Shown: positions 7,958 to 18,108, counted from the first letter of the stretch. The stretch: DNA of 64,000 nt from Candidatus Latescibacterota bacterium (GCA_965232265.1 CBDDPH010000002.1:1595660-1659659), one strand, 5' to 3'. The notes: generated by a model not told the origin, from the letters alone. Translations and numbers: made by a program.

Positions 7958-10036
7958 ATGAATTTCATCTCACATCGCGGCGTCTTTCTCGGCCTTTTAC
8001 TCATTGCCGATGTTGTGCTGATTGTGTTGGGCGCGGCATGCTATCTGGTGATTACCCTGCCGAGGCTGCCCGATGATCCCGATAGCTTATTGGCGGAGTC
8101 CGGGATCAATATTTACGCGGCTTCTGGGGCGTTGCTCTATACGGTTAATCAGCGTGTGGGGCGCGTTGGTCTCGATGAGGTGCATCCGCATTTTGTTCAG
8201 GCTGTGCTATCTGTTGAAGATGCGGATTTTTACCATCATCGCGGGTACAGTATTAAAGGTATGATCGGTGCTTTTTTGGGCAATATTCGACACTGGGGCA
8301 GGGTGCGGGGCGGCAGCACGATCACGCAGCAGATTGTGAAAAATATATTTCTTACGCGAGAGAAATTTTATGTGCGAAAGCTAAAAGAAATTCTTCTCGC
8401 TACGCAGCTCGAAGCCCTTTTTGAACGCCACTACGGTGCGGACTACAAAGACAGGTTGCTCGAAATTTATATCAATGGCAGTTTTTACGGTGCCAATGCT
8501 TATGGGATTGCCGATGCAGCGCAGACCTATTTTGGCAAGCACGCCGCAGATCTTACGCTTCTCGAATCTGCAATACTCGCCGGGCTTCCCAATGCGCCGA
8601 GTGTGCTCAATCCCTTTCGCAAGGACCAATCTCGCGTTCTGGCGCGTGCCCAGCTTGTCTTAAACCGCATGCAGGTATTGGGTTTTATCAGTTCAGAGGA
8701 AGTCCATGATGCGCTGAACTCGGAATTGCAACTCGTCTCTGGACGCATGCCGCAAAATCGGACGCCGTATTTTGTCGAGACTGTTAAAGCCGAGGTGACA
8801 CGCCTGTGGGGCACGTCTGCGCTGAGTTTTGGCGGGCTGAATATTTACACCACGCTCGATTTGTCTATGCAACAGGCTGCCGAGCGAGCCGTGGCCAAGG
8901 GTTTGGCGGATCTGGATGCGCGTCTGGGATTTTCAGATTATGGCAGTGCTTCATCTGAACAGCGCGCCGATTATGTACAGGGTGCGTTGATTTGCCTGGA
9001 TCCGCGTACCGGATATGTCAAAGCGATGGTGGGGGGACGCGATATTTTTATCAGCTATTACAACCGCGCCACGCAGGCGCGGCGTCAACCGGGTTCGGGT
9101 TTTAAGCCTTTTGTGTATCTGGCGGCTTTTGAAAACGGTACTTTTTCCCCGGTTTCTCTTTTTCGTGATACGCTGCGTACCTATCGCGTGAACGATGAGG
9201 ACTGGTCGCCTAAGAATTTTGCAGGCAAATATCTGGGGCTTACAACTGCGGCGAATGCACTGGTCAAGTCGGCAAATGCCACGAGTGTGCAAATTGCAAT
9301 GGAGATAGGTCCCGAAGGCATTGTCGATCTGGCGCAACGCCTGGGTATTCAGAGCAGGCTCAGACCATATCCCAGCATTGCCCTGGGCGCGCAGGAGGTG
9401 ACTTTGCTCGATATGGCGGTTGCTTATGGCGCGATTGCGCGTTACGGCTTTCACATGACGCCGACATTTATCGCGCGGATTGAGGATGCCACAGGGCAAA
9501 TACACTATGAGCATCAGCCAAATCCCAGGCTCGTTATCGATCCCGAACAGGCGGCGATCATGGTCAATTTGATGCAGCATGTTGTCAACCACGGCACGGG
9601 TCGCGCAATTCGCGCGGTTGGGTTTCAGGGTGCTGCTGCGGGGAAGACCGGAACGACAAATGACAATACAGATGCCTGGTTCACGGGGTTTACACCCGAT
9701 CTGGTCGCCAGTGTGTGGATTGGGTTTGACAACCGCGAAGGCGGCCGTCGGCTGATCGAGAAGAGGGGCAGACGCCAGATTACTGGGGGGAGTGGCGCAG
9801 CACCGATTTGGGCTGCGTTTATGAAGAGTGTAGGTAAATCATCGCGGGACTTTATCACGCCCACAGGCGTTGCCGCGCATACTGTGAATTTACGGAGCGG
9901 TATTGCCGATACGTCTGATGGGGCTGTCACCCTCGTCCTGCCCGAAGGCGTTGCACCCAATACGCCAGCAGATACGTTGCGGTTTTTGCGGTTGGAGAGA
10001 GAATCCCGTCTCAAGCCTGCGGCCACCACCCCTTAA
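7958..10036 (+). CDS. Class A penicillin-binding protein (bifunctional glycosyltransferase/transpeptidase, PBP1A type)
   Basis: N-terminal TM. GT51 motifs EDADFYHHRGYS and GGSTITQQIVKN; transpeptidase motifs SGFKP (SxxK) and KTGTT. ATG at 7958; the track start at 7943 is TTG. Confidence 0.9.
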   Translation: MNFISHRGVFLGLLLIADVVLIVLGAACYLVITLPRLPDDPDSLLAESGINIYAASGALLYTVNQRVGRVGLDEVHPHFVQAVLSVEDADFYHHRGYSIKGMIGAFLGNIRHWGRVRGGSTITQQIVKNIFLTREKFYVRKLKEILLATQLEALFERHYGADYKDRLLEIYINGSFYGANAYGIADAAQTYFGKHAADLTLLESAILAGLPNAPSVLNPFRKDQSRVLARAQLVLNRMQVLGFISSEEVHDALNSELQLVSGRMPQNRTPYFVETVKAEVTRLWGTSALSFGGLNIYTTLDLSMQQAAERAVAKGLADLDARLGFSDYGSASSEQRADYVQGALICLDPRTGYVKAMVGGRDIFISYYNRATQARRQPGSGFKPFVYLAAFENGTFSPVSLFRDTLRTYRVNDEDWSPKNFAGKYLGLTTAANALVKSANATSVQIAMEIGPEGIVDLAQRLGIQSRLRPYPSIALGAQEVTLLDMAVAYGAIARYGFHMTPTFIARIEDATGQIHYEHQPNPRLVIDPEQAAIMVNLMQHVVNHGTGRAIRAVGFQGAAAGKTGTTNDNTDAWFTGFTPDLVASVWIGFDNREGGRRLIEKRGRRQITGGSGAAPIWAAFMKSVGKSSRDFITPTGVAAHTVNLRSGIADTSDGAVTLVLPEGVAPNTPADTLRFLRLERESRLKPAATTP

Positions 10037-10054
10037 TTGTAATCCACAGCAAAA

Positions 10055-10088
10055 GCCCGACTTGGCAGAACAGGTCGGGCTTTTTTTT
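10055..10088 (+). terminator. Rho-independent terminator after the PBP gene
   Basis: GCCCGAC...GTCGGGC stem followed by T8. Confidence 0.8.
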
Positions 10089-10123
10089 CAGCGCTGTTTA
10101 AGGTGCAAGATTGAGAGACCGCG

Positions 10124-10516
10124 TTACTCATTATCTAACATATCTCGAAATGCCTCGAGGCTGGGCACCTGGACCGCCGAGCGAAGTAACTGCTTGAGGC
10201 GTTGCAAATCTTCGATGGCCAAGATACGGTCAGATATAGGATGCGCCTCGGTCAGACCAAAGCGAATCTCCAACACGTCAAGGAGATCTGCGATCGTGCT
10301 TCGTCTTTCCCCTTGTTTAATCCATTGTTCTTTGTTTTCCTCAATCTCTTGCTCAAGCAGGTACTGGGCAAAAGATGATTCTCGGATGAGATCCATCAAG
10401 CCCTCCTTTGATATAAGGTTCGCAATCATTTCCCGATCATGTACCAACCCACCCAAAACCGACAGACCCGCAAGAAAATCGCGCTTGGCTGATTCATCCA
10501 GCGGCAGGTCTCGCAC
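10124..10516 (-). pseudogene. C-terminal remnant of an Rpn-family (PD-(D/E)XK) recombination-promoting nuclease/putative transposase (DUF4351-like tail)
   Basis: The 130 aa ORF resembles only the C-terminal half of such proteins (SVLGGLVHDREMI..., IKQGERRS..LLDVLEIRFG...LQRLKQLL). No N-terminal nuclease domain; about 500 bp of non-coding DNA upstream. Confidence 0.35.
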
Positions 10517-11023
10517 GCGGTCAACACACGCACCAAACCACTATATTTGAGGAATGTGCATAAATCAAAAATCACACAACAATAGGCCATCAGCGAAATA
10601 AATCAGCCAAAACCATCGCGCACAGCGCATTAGTCCGCCTCGCAACAGACATTTTTATCCTCTCCAAACTCTGAAGGCCACCTCATGTTGCCGTGTTACA
10701 GAAACGATTTGCGCTGTGCAAGCCCCCCGCAGGGGCGCCCTTTTTTTGCTTCATTTTTTTGGGCGTGCAAAAAAATGAAGTCGCCGAAGGCATGAAAAGC
10801 AACATCATAGAAAAAAGCTTTATACATCATTCTACTACAACAGGACAATTATGCACACCCCTCATTTATCTATAAAAAGAAGCTCAAAAACCTCATTTTG
10901 TCATCAATATGAAGTATTGCATTGTCTGTTACAACTTGAATTTAAGGAACATCCTTTGAAATACAGGCGGAGCGGAACAATGTCGTGTACATTTTGAACC
11001 ATGAATGGACAGGGTAGTGAAAG

Positions 11024-11248
11024 ATATGTACCTTTGTCCAGGCTATGCCGGTATAGCTATATCCCGGGGTGCTGACCGATGGGACGGATCCCACGTTGGG
11101 CTTTTATCATTTTGACGTGACAGACGCTAATATAATCCCTACATTTATTCCTCTGACTGAAGAATCGCAATCTACCGTGGGATATGGTCCCGGGGGACAT
11201 CCCATACCTGAAGAACGCGACTATTCGCTCGCTTGGGAGAAAGGTTAG
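11024..11248 (+). pseudogene. Decayed 3' fragment of a metallophosphoesterase paralog (copy of 12860-13070)
   Basis: Colinear DNA similarity to the 3' end of 12138..13070, including the same stop context gagaaaggtTAGaggctggg. Last ~65 codons are in frame, with indels/frameshift and no start further upstream. Confidence 0.75.
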
Positions 11249-11280
11249 AGGCTGGGCAACTATGTAAAGAGGAGAGTAAG

Positions 11281-11451
11281 ATGAACCATTCGCGCGGACT
11301 CGATCCTGTTATAGAGTTGTACAAAAAGGACGTTGATCGAACACTTATTCGCAAGAATCTCAAACTTTCTCATGAGGAACGGTTGCAAAATGCGATGGAG
11401 CTCCAACGTTTCGCTTATGAATTGAGAAAAGCTGGGCGTCGTAAAAAATGA
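11281..11451 (+). CDS. Small protein, putative partner (antitoxin-like) of the downstream nucleotidyltransferase-fold protein
   Basis: 56 aa from the ATG after a GAGGAG RBS (MNHSRGLDPVIELYKKD...). Stop overlaps the next start (ATGA, 11448-11451). Confidence 0.45.
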   Translation: MNHSRGLDPVIELYKKDVDRTLIRKNLKLSHEERLQNAMELQRFAYELRKAGRRKK

Positions 11452-11933
11452 CAGATTTTACAAAGATCCTGCAATTATTGTCTGATCACCGTGTTGAATT
11501 TATCATCATCGGTGGTGCAGCAGCTATTGTTCATGGCAGTAGTCGTTTGACACAAGACCTTGATGTGGTGTATCGAAGAACGCGTGAGAATATTACACGT
11601 CTTTCAAACGCATTGGAGAAACAAAATCCCTATTTGCGCGGCGCACCACCAGGCCTTCCTTTTCATTGGTCAGAAGATACCATTCGGATGGGTCTAAATT
11701 TTACTTTGCAAACGGATCTTGGAGATCTCGATTTACTCGGTGAGGTGACAGGTGGTGGGAAATACGAAGATCTTTCGGATCACACATTTGAGATTGAGGT
11801 TTTCGGTGTTCACTGTTTATGTCTCGATCTGGAAACTCTGATCCATGTCAAGCGAGCGGCAGGCAGACCCAAAGATCTCGAAGCAATTTCAGAACTTGAA
11901 GCTATTCAAGAAGAGGAACAAAATGAGGAGTGA
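11448..11933 (+). CDS. Minimal nucleotidyltransferase-fold protein (MNT/AbiEii-like TA component)
   Basis: IIIGGAAAIVHGSSRLTQDLDVV matches the G[GS]-x9-13-DxD polymerase-beta-like NTase motif. 161 aa, translationally coupled to the upstream small ORF. Confidence 0.55.
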   Translation: MTDFTKILQLLSDHRVEFIIIGGAAAIVHGSSRLTQDLDVVYRRTRENITRLSNALEKQNPYLRGAPPGLPFHWSEDTIRMGLNFTLQTDLGDLDLLGEVTGGGKYEDLSDHTFEIEVFGVHCLCLDLETLIHVKRAAGRPKDLEAISELEAIQEEEQNEE

Positions 11934-12137
11934 TTTTCATGCCCGTTTGAACATTTGAGTCAAAAGGTTTGTCAATCTTAAAAAAAATGCCTTGGCATAG
12001 TTGATGCCGGGGCATTCTCTATTTTGAAAAGCTGTTTATAAACTGCGTGCGTGAAAGTCGTTGACAAGGCTGGAGAGCCATCCATAATTTTGATTTGAGA
12101 AAACGCATATTACACACAGTTACCCAAAGGAGACACC

Positions 12138-13070
12138 ATGGAACCCTGGTCCTTTCTCCATATCTGCGATATGCAACCCGGTTCGCCCCGGTCCTTTCGC
12201 TTTAATCAGCGAAATATGGACAACTGGCAGACGGCGTATCGGCAGATTCAAGGTATTACCGATGTCGATCTGATGCTCATAGGTGGCGATCTCACGCGGG
12301 ATGGGGCGCTCCACGACTTTGAGTATGAAGTTGCCAAACGCGAACTCGATGCCTTGCCTTATCCGCATTATGCGATTCCCGGCAATATGGATACGTGCAA
12401 CAAGCATACGGATAAAAATGGTGCGACCGGGCGCGAGGACATCCGCCTGAATGTCACTGCCGAGCAACTGGATCGGTTTGTGCCCTTTTTCGGCGATTTT
12501 CCCTGGAGCTTTGTTCACAAGAATGTGCGCTTTAGCGGATTTTATGCGGCTGTGGCGGGTTCGGGATTGCCCCATGAGACGCGCATGTGGCACTGGCTGG
12601 AGAGCGAGTTGCCGTCTCTTCCCCGTGCGGCGCATCACGTCGTGACGATGCACTATACCCTTTTTATGGATACGCTCGACGAACCCAAATGGGATATTAC
12701 AAAAGCGGACGAGTACCGGGACTGGTATTTTTCGATTGATCCGCCACACAGACAGCGCATTTTTGAGGCGTTTAAAAGATCCGGTGTATCCATTGTTCTC
12801 AGCGGACATATTCACTGCCGCCGCCCACCCCAGGTTGTTGAGGGTATTTCTTTTTACCGCTGTGCAGGTATAGCGATGCCCCAGGGGGCTGACCGATGGG
12901 ACGATGGCGATCCCACATTGGGCTTCTATCGTTTTGACGTGACAGACGCTGAGATAACCCCTACATTTATTCCTCTGATTGAGGAATCGCGATCTACCGA
13001 GGGTTATGGGCCAGGGGGACATCCCAGGCCCGAAGAACGCGATTATTCGCTCGCGTGGGAGAAAGGTTAG
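12138..13070 (+). CDS. Metallophosphoesterase (calcineurin-like phosphoesterase)
   Basis: Motifs GGDLTRDG, IPGNMD and SGHIHCRR in order. AAAGGAG RBS. Confidence 0.85.
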   Translation: MEPWSFLHICDMQPGSPRSFRFNQRNMDNWQTAYRQIQGITDVDLMLIGGDLTRDGALHDFEYEVAKRELDALPYPHYAIPGNMDTCNKHTDKNGATGREDIRLNVTAEQLDRFVPFFGDFPWSFVHKNVRFSGFYAAVAGSGLPHETRMWHWLESELPSLPRAAHHVVTMHYTLFMDTLDEPKWDITKADEYRDWYFSIDPPHRQRIFEAFKRSGVSIVLSGHIHCRRPPQVVEGISFYRCAGIAMPQGADRWDDGDPTLGFYRFDVTDAEITPTFIPLIEESRSTEGYGPGGHPRPEERDYSLAWEKG

Positions 13071-13112
13071 AGGCTGGGGACTGGGGGCTGGAAATAAAAT
13101 AAGGAGTGTTTT

Positions 13113-14855
13113 ATGTCCGTTTTACATATTACGTCACCTGGTGCCCCTCCTGAGTGGGCACTTTTGCAACGCGAACTGATGCGCGCGCAGGCCACGGCAT
13201 GCGAGGTTTTTTATCACCGCTATTTTGACAACCGGGGGTATCTCAAGTGCATTCCTCGGTGGGGAGGTAACGATGGGCCAGATGATGCGATAGAGAATCT
13301 CACCGGGTATTCGATGGTGCATACGCTGGGTGGCCCAACGCATATCCTCGATCTCTACAAGCAGGCGTGGGAAGGGCATATCGAGCAGTATTCCGAGGCG
13401 AAGACCGAAGTTGTGCCCATTGGGCGTGACGGCATGTATTACAAGGAGTTTCCCGCGTGCTTCGATTGGTTCCACCACGGGGAATCGCTCACCATTTTTA
13501 ATTTGCAGGGTCTGTCCGATCCCCATGAAGTCACTTTTGGTCATCGCGTGCGTCGCTACGCGGGTTTTTATATGGACGAAGATCCCCAAGCGAAGAATTA
13601 CGATCCCAAGCACAAAGTAATCCGCAGTCTTTTCAATGGCAGTCGGGGACCTCTGTTGCGAAAAGCTACGGGTCTTGATTGGGCAGGAGATCCCTTTGAG
13701 GTTGAAGGACGCTTTCCCGCGCCGCGCCACGGTGAGCGCAATTTTGAAGAGATGCTTATGCATTTTGAAGATTATACCGATGTGATTGGCGATCATCCCC
13801 TGAATCTGGCGGCGACTACGCTCGGTCTCAATGCGTTCGCGCTGGCTGGTGAGGAGAAATACCGCTCATGGTTGCTGGAATATGTGGAAGCGTGGTCTGA
13901 TCGCGCGGCTGAGAATAATGGTATTATCCCGTCCAATATCGGTCTTGATGGGAGTATTGGCGGCGCGTGTGATGGCAAGTGGTATGGCGGTTGTTATGGC
14001 TGGGGATTTACGGTGGTTGTGCCGCAAACAGGCGCGCTTGCCAATCGCAATTCCATAGCCCGCGGTGTTGCGGGGTTTGGCAATGCCCTGCTTCTGACGG
14101 GTGACCAAAAGTATCCCCATGTCTGGCGCACGATGATCAATGCGGTGAATAGCAATAGCAAGAATGTCGATGGGGAAATACAGTATCCGCAGATGCACGG
14201 CGACGATGGTTGGTATAGCTATAGCCTCCAGCCCTTCAATCAGGGGGCGCTCGATGTGTATTACTGGACGATGGATGATGCCGATCTTCAATATATTTCC
14301 TCAGATCCATGGATAGATTATCTCCAGGGGAATAATCCCGATCATCCTGCGCGCACGTTGCGAAATGCGTTGAGCGCGATTCGCGGGAAGATGGAGAATG
14401 TGCGCAATGATACGTCTTCTACGGATACCCGGTTGTCCGACGATCCATTGCCGTACAATCCCGCAACGACTGTGAATGCGCTTATCCAGCTCCAACTGGG
14501 TGGTCTGGCACCGCGTCACGGCGAACCCCTGCATTGTCGCGTGCGTTATTTTGATCCCGAGAATCGCCGTCCTGGATTGCCGGCGGATGTGGCTGCTCTC
14601 GTCGAATCGCTGAACGCGGATGGTGTTGTGTTATCACTCGTGAATGTCAATCAGACCGAACACCGCGATCTCATTATCCAGGGCGGTGCTTATGCCGAAC
14701 ACCAGATTATTGCTGCGGAGGTCGATGGCAATACTTATGATCTCGATGCATCGTGGATGTCCGTTCGCCTGGGTCCCGGTTGCGGTGCGCGACTTACACT
14801 GAAAACAGAACGCTATGTCAATTCCCCCACTTTTGCGTTTCCCTGGGAGAGATAA
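13113..14855 (+). CDS. Hypothetical 580 aa protein (no motif recognised)
   Basis: Long ORF with AAGGAG RBS, same strand and tightly spaced with its neighbours. Confidence 0.5.
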   Translation: MSVLHITSPGAPPEWALLQRELMRAQATACEVFYHRYFDNRGYLKCIPRWGGNDGPDDAIENLTGYSMVHTLGGPTHILDLYKQAWEGHIEQYSEAKTEVVPIGRDGMYYKEFPACFDWFHHGESLTIFNLQGLSDPHEVTFGHRVRRYAGFYMDEDPQAKNYDPKHKVIRSLFNGSRGPLLRKATGLDWAGDPFEVEGRFPAPRHGERNFEEMLMHFEDYTDVIGDHPLNLAATTLGLNAFALAGEEKYRSWLLEYVEAWSDRAAENNGIIPSNIGLDGSIGGACDGKWYGGCYGWGFTVVVPQTGALANRNSIARGVAGFGNALLLTGDQKYPHVWRTMINAVNSNSKNVDGEIQYPQMHGDDGWYSYSLQPFNQGALDVYYWTMDDADLQYISSDPWIDYLQGNNPDHPARTLRNALSAIRGKMENVRNDTSSTDTRLSDDPLPYNPATTVNALIQLQLGGLAPRHGEPLHCRVRYFDPENRRPGLPADVAALVESLNADGVVLSLVNVNQTEHRDLIIQGGAYAEHQIIAAEVDGNTYDLDASWMSVRLGPGCGARLTLKTERYVNSPTFAFPWER

Positions 14856-14883
14856 ATTCAGCAATCAATAAAAGGAGTTTCTC

Positions 14884-15834
14884 ATGTCCAGAATTAATGT
14901 TGGTCTTGCCCGCCGCGAAGATCGCCGCCAGAATGTGTTTGGCGCGCTCGATCTCATCCGCGATGACGTGGTTCCCAAACTCGCCGAGCAGGTGATGCTC
15001 AAGCCCAATTTTCTTTCGTCTAAAAATCAACTGGCGTCTTCTCATCCCGATGCGATGCGAGGCGCTATTGATTTTTTGCTTACCACGCCCAATCCTCCGG
15101 ATGAGATTCTCATTGCCGAGGGGGGTAACGAAGATATTCCGGGAGAGGCTTTTGACAATTTTGAGTATCACGCTTTGATAGAAGAATACGATGTTCCCAT
15201 TCGACTTATTGACCTCAATTCTGAGACCCGATGGGAGACTGTGCCGATTTTTCTCGATGACCGCACGGAGTACGATATACACATGCCCAAAACTGTGCTG
15301 GATTGCCCCTGCACGATTTCAATGGCGGTTGCCAAAACCCACGATGTTACCGTTGTTACGCTCGCGCTCAAGAATATGATTATGGGAACGATTCGCAAAG
15401 TGGACCGCGTTAAGATGCATGGATTTCCCTCGCATCCAGAACGCCTGCGTCCCAATGAGTCCAAACGACTCAATGTCAATCTCATTCGGCTCGCCAAGTA
15501 TTTGGCGCCGGATATCGGCGTGATCGATGGTACTGTCGGTTTGCAGGGCAATGGTCCCGGGGGGACGGACTCGGTTGATCTGGGCGTTGCTGCGGCGAGT
15601 GTAGATGTTTTTGCTGTGGATGCGGTTATGACCAGTGTTATGGGTTTTGAACCCGCCAAACAGGGGCTGCTCTATTATGCCAATCAACTCGGCATTGGTG
15701 TGACCGATCTCAACAACATCAATATTCTCGAAACCGCTATTGAAGATGTTGCCAGAGCGTTTAAGCCGCACAAGTGGATCGAAGAACAACGCCAGTGGCA
15801 CGAACCAAATGCAATGGCCGATATTTTTGCGTGA
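14884..15834 (+). CDS. DUF362 domain-containing protein
   Basis: VMLKPNFL, VAKTHDVTVVTLALKNMIMG and IDGTVGLQGNGPGG match the DUF362 family pattern. AAGGAG RBS. Confidence 0.7.
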   Translation: MSRINVGLARREDRRQNVFGALDLIRDDVVPKLAEQVMLKPNFLSSKNQLASSHPDAMRGAIDFLLTTPNPPDEILIAEGGNEDIPGEAFDNFEYHALIEEYDVPIRLIDLNSETRWETVPIFLDDRTEYDIHMPKTVLDCPCTISMAVAKTHDVTVVTLALKNMIMGTIRKVDRVKMHGFPSHPERLRPNESKRLNVNLIRLAKYLAPDIGVIDGTVGLQGNGPGGTDSVDLGVAAASVDVFAVDAVMTSVMGFEPAKQGLLYYANQLGIGVTDLNNINILETAIEDVARAFKPHKWIEEQRQWHEPNAMADIFA

Positions 15835-15850
15835 TTCAAAAAAACAAAAA

Positions 15851-15888
15851 ACGCCCGAAGCCATCGTGTAATGATTTCGGGCGTTTTT
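15851..15888. terminator. Bidirectional rho-independent terminator
   Basis: ACGCCCGAA...TTCGGGCGT stem flanked by an A-run upstream and T5 downstream, between convergent genes. Confidence 0.8.
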
Positions 15889-15967
15889 GGTCTGTGCGCC
15901 AACTATTTGAGATATGAAAAACTGTTATCTTCAATAGCTGAGAAATTCGACGCGATTGTTCAGGTTT

Positions 15968-16768
15968 TCAGTCTCTTTCCTCTTCTTCGTAGGGGGGATC
16001 TGGTTCGATTACTTCAATGCCCTTATTACGCAAAGCCTGGGCGTGACGGCTGTGGATGGCTGCCGTAGCCAGAATAACCCGCGTTGGAGCGATCCCGGTG
16101 TCCTCGGTGTACAAACGACGCTTGCGTTCAAGACGCTCCCCCATGTTTTGGCTCGTGCTGGCGGATATTTCGACGAGCACATGTTGATGATCGTAAATTA
16201 CGACATCGAGTTGTTCGCCCTGAATGACGCGCTGCTCAACCTTTACCCCAAATGATTCTTCCAACAATGTCGCAATGGTCTCCCGAAACACGGTTTCATT
16301 GCGAATGCCCCAGCGTGCGCCCAACCGATCAATGGCCCGAAGGAGTTCTTTGAAACCCGTCTCCATTCTGTGCTCAAGGGAATCCATACGTTCATCCACC
16401 TGCGAAAAACGCTGGTTCACCTCCTCAAAACGCTGCTCCACCGAATTGCGAAATTCTTCTATCTTTTGATCTACCTGTTCGAATCGTTGATTCATATCGT
16501 CACGCAACGTCTCGATCTTGTCATCTGTCTGTTCAAACCGTCGATCCACTTGCTCGAACCGCTGATTTACCTCGTCGCGCAGCGCACGCAATTCTTCCAA
16601 TATCACAGCCACTTCTTCGCGGCGGACGAATGCCTTTAAGAAGCCATTGTAAATCAACGGCTCAAGCTCTGGGCGTCGTTCCAGCAGATCGGGTAATTGC
16701 TTGCTGAATATGTCAATCAAGTCTTCATCACTGAATGTCGCCATAGATATTGCTCCTTTCCAAGCCAA
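15968..16768 (-). CDS. Coiled-coil protein with C-terminal restriction-endonuclease-like (PD-(D/E)XK, DUF3782-like) domain
   Basis: Repeated NQRFEQVD / EQRFEEVNQRF coiled-coil units, then LDVVIYDHQHVLVEISAS (D...E.S/K-like nuclease core). Confidence 0.5.
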   Translation of the reverse strand: MAWKGAISMATFSDEDLIDIFSKQLPDLLERRPELEPLIYNGFLKAFVRREEVAVILEELRALRDEVNQRFEQVDRRFEQTDDKIETLRDDMNQRFEQVDQKIEEFRNSVEQRFEEVNQRFSQVDERMDSLEHRMETGFKELLRAIDRLGARWGIRNETVFRETIATLLEESFGVKVEQRVIQGEQLDVVIYDHQHVLVEISASTSQNMGERLERKRRLYTEDTGIAPTRVILATAAIHSRHAQALRNKGIEVIEPDPPYEEEERD

Positions 16769-16952
16769 ATATAGACAATAATTGGGGCTTATGCAAGGTA
16801 GCGACAGGCTATTTTTTGCGTGATTTGGCGTTCTTTTGCGCCTATATTGTCATAGGTTAAAAAAAGAAATTCCCTTCTATGACACACCCATAAAATAAGC
16901 TGATTACTCGGTTTATGACGCGAAAAAATAACGTTATACATAGGAGACTTGT

Positions 16953-18026
16953 TTGCCTACTATCGTTCTCACTGGCGGGGGTACCGCAGGGCATGTGACG
17001 CCCAATATCGCGCTGTTACCCACTTTGCGCGATGCGGGCTACGATGTGTATTATATCGGTACGCGAGACGGTATTGAGCGAGAACTGATCACGCGGGAGG
17101 GCATTCCCTATTACGCGATTCCCGCAGGCAAGCTCCGGCGCTATCTGGATTGGCAAAATTTTACCGATCTCGCCCGTATCAAGTTTGGGTTTTTCAAATC
17201 GCTGTTGCTTCTCGCTCGTATCAGACCTGATATTGTCTTTAGCAAGGGGGGATTTGTCACGCCGCCCATTATCTGGGCTGCGTGGTTTCTGGGCATTCCC
17301 GTGGTGTGTCACGAGTCGGATCTCACACCGGGGTTGGCGAACAAACTCTCTCTTCCATTTGCAAAGCGCATTTGTTACGCCTTTGCGGAGACAGCTAAAT
17401 ATTTGCCCGCGGAGAAGGCGGTTCATACGGGTATCCCGGTTCGGACGGAGCTGGGAGAGGGAGATGCCCAGAAAGGGCGGGATTTGTGTGCTTTTTCGTC
17501 CGAGAAACCCGTTATTCTCATCATGGGGGGGAGCCTGGGATCGCGTGCAATTAACGCGGCGGTTCGCGCTGCTCTCCCCGATCTGCTTGTCGAGTACCAG
17601 ATTTGCCATTTGTGTGGGCAGGGCAATCTCGAATCGAATCTCGACCAGACCGAAGGCTACGCGCAGTTTGAATATGTCGCGGATGACTTGCCGCATCTTT
17701 TTGCGGCAGCCGATTATATTGTTTCTCGCGCAGGTGCTACCGCGCTCTTTGAATTTCTTTCGCTCCAAAAACCCGCGCTTTTGATTCCCCTTTCCCTGCA
17801 AGCCAGTCGCGGAGATCAGATCGATAATGCCGAGGCATTTCGAAATGCCGGTTATAGCCTTGTTCTCTCAGAAGAGGGGCTTACGCCGGACAGGCTTTGC
17901 AAAGCGATTCGCGATTTGTGCGATCAGAGCGACGCGCTCCGTCAATCTATGTCCGATTGGCGCAGGCGCGACGCTGTTGCGGAAATCCTCTCAATCCTCG
18001 CTAGGGAATTGAGAATTAATAATTGA
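16953..18026 (+). CDS. murG: UDP-N-acetylglucosamine--N-acetylmuramyl-(pentapeptide) pyrophosphoryl-undecaprenol N-acetylglucosamine transferase
   Basis: LTGGGTAGHVTPNIAL G-loop, C-terminal GT28 motifs (IVSRAGATALFE, Q..NA). TTG start 5 nt after an AGGAGA RBS. Confidence 0.85.
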   Translation: MPTIVLTGGGTAGHVTPNIALLPTLRDAGYDVYYIGTRDGIERELITREGIPYYAIPAGKLRRYLDWQNFTDLARIKFGFFKSLLLLARIRPDIVFSKGGFVTPPIIWAAWFLGIPVVCHESDLTPGLANKLSLPFAKRICYAFAETAKYLPAEKAVHTGIPVRTELGEGDAQKGRDLCAFSSEKPVILIMGGSLGSRAINAAVRAALPDLLVEYQICHLCGQGNLESNLDQTEGYAQFEYVADDLPHLFAAADYIVSRAGATALFEFLSLQKPALLIPLSLQASRGDQIDNAEAFRNAGYSLVLSEEGLTPDRLCKAIRDLCDQSDALRQSMSDWRRRDAVAEILSILARELRINN

Positions 18027-18086
18027 GAATTGGGGAGCGGTGTACATCCGCAGATGGACGCAGATGAAAGGCAAGAGGCCGGGAAC

Positions 18087-18107
18087 TAACCACTAACCAC
18101 TGACTAC
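18087..18107. repeat. Heptamer tandem repeat (AACCACT AACCACT GACTACT) abutting a start codon
   Basis: Read directly. The same ACTAACCACTAAC string sits just upstream of the start of the gene at 46764 (minus strand). Confidence 0.85.
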
Positions 18108-18108
18108 T

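Noticed and set aside
12120-13022. 300-aa minus-strand ORF
   Set aside because: It is antisense to the metallophosphoesterase (GDxxxDG/GNxD/GHxH motifs and a strong RBS on the plus strand).
14180-14195. Additional copy of the ATCCGCAGATG repeat inside gene 13113..14855
   Set aside because: It is only a 12-nt match within a well-behaved coding frame (QYPQMHG), so it is most likely chance.
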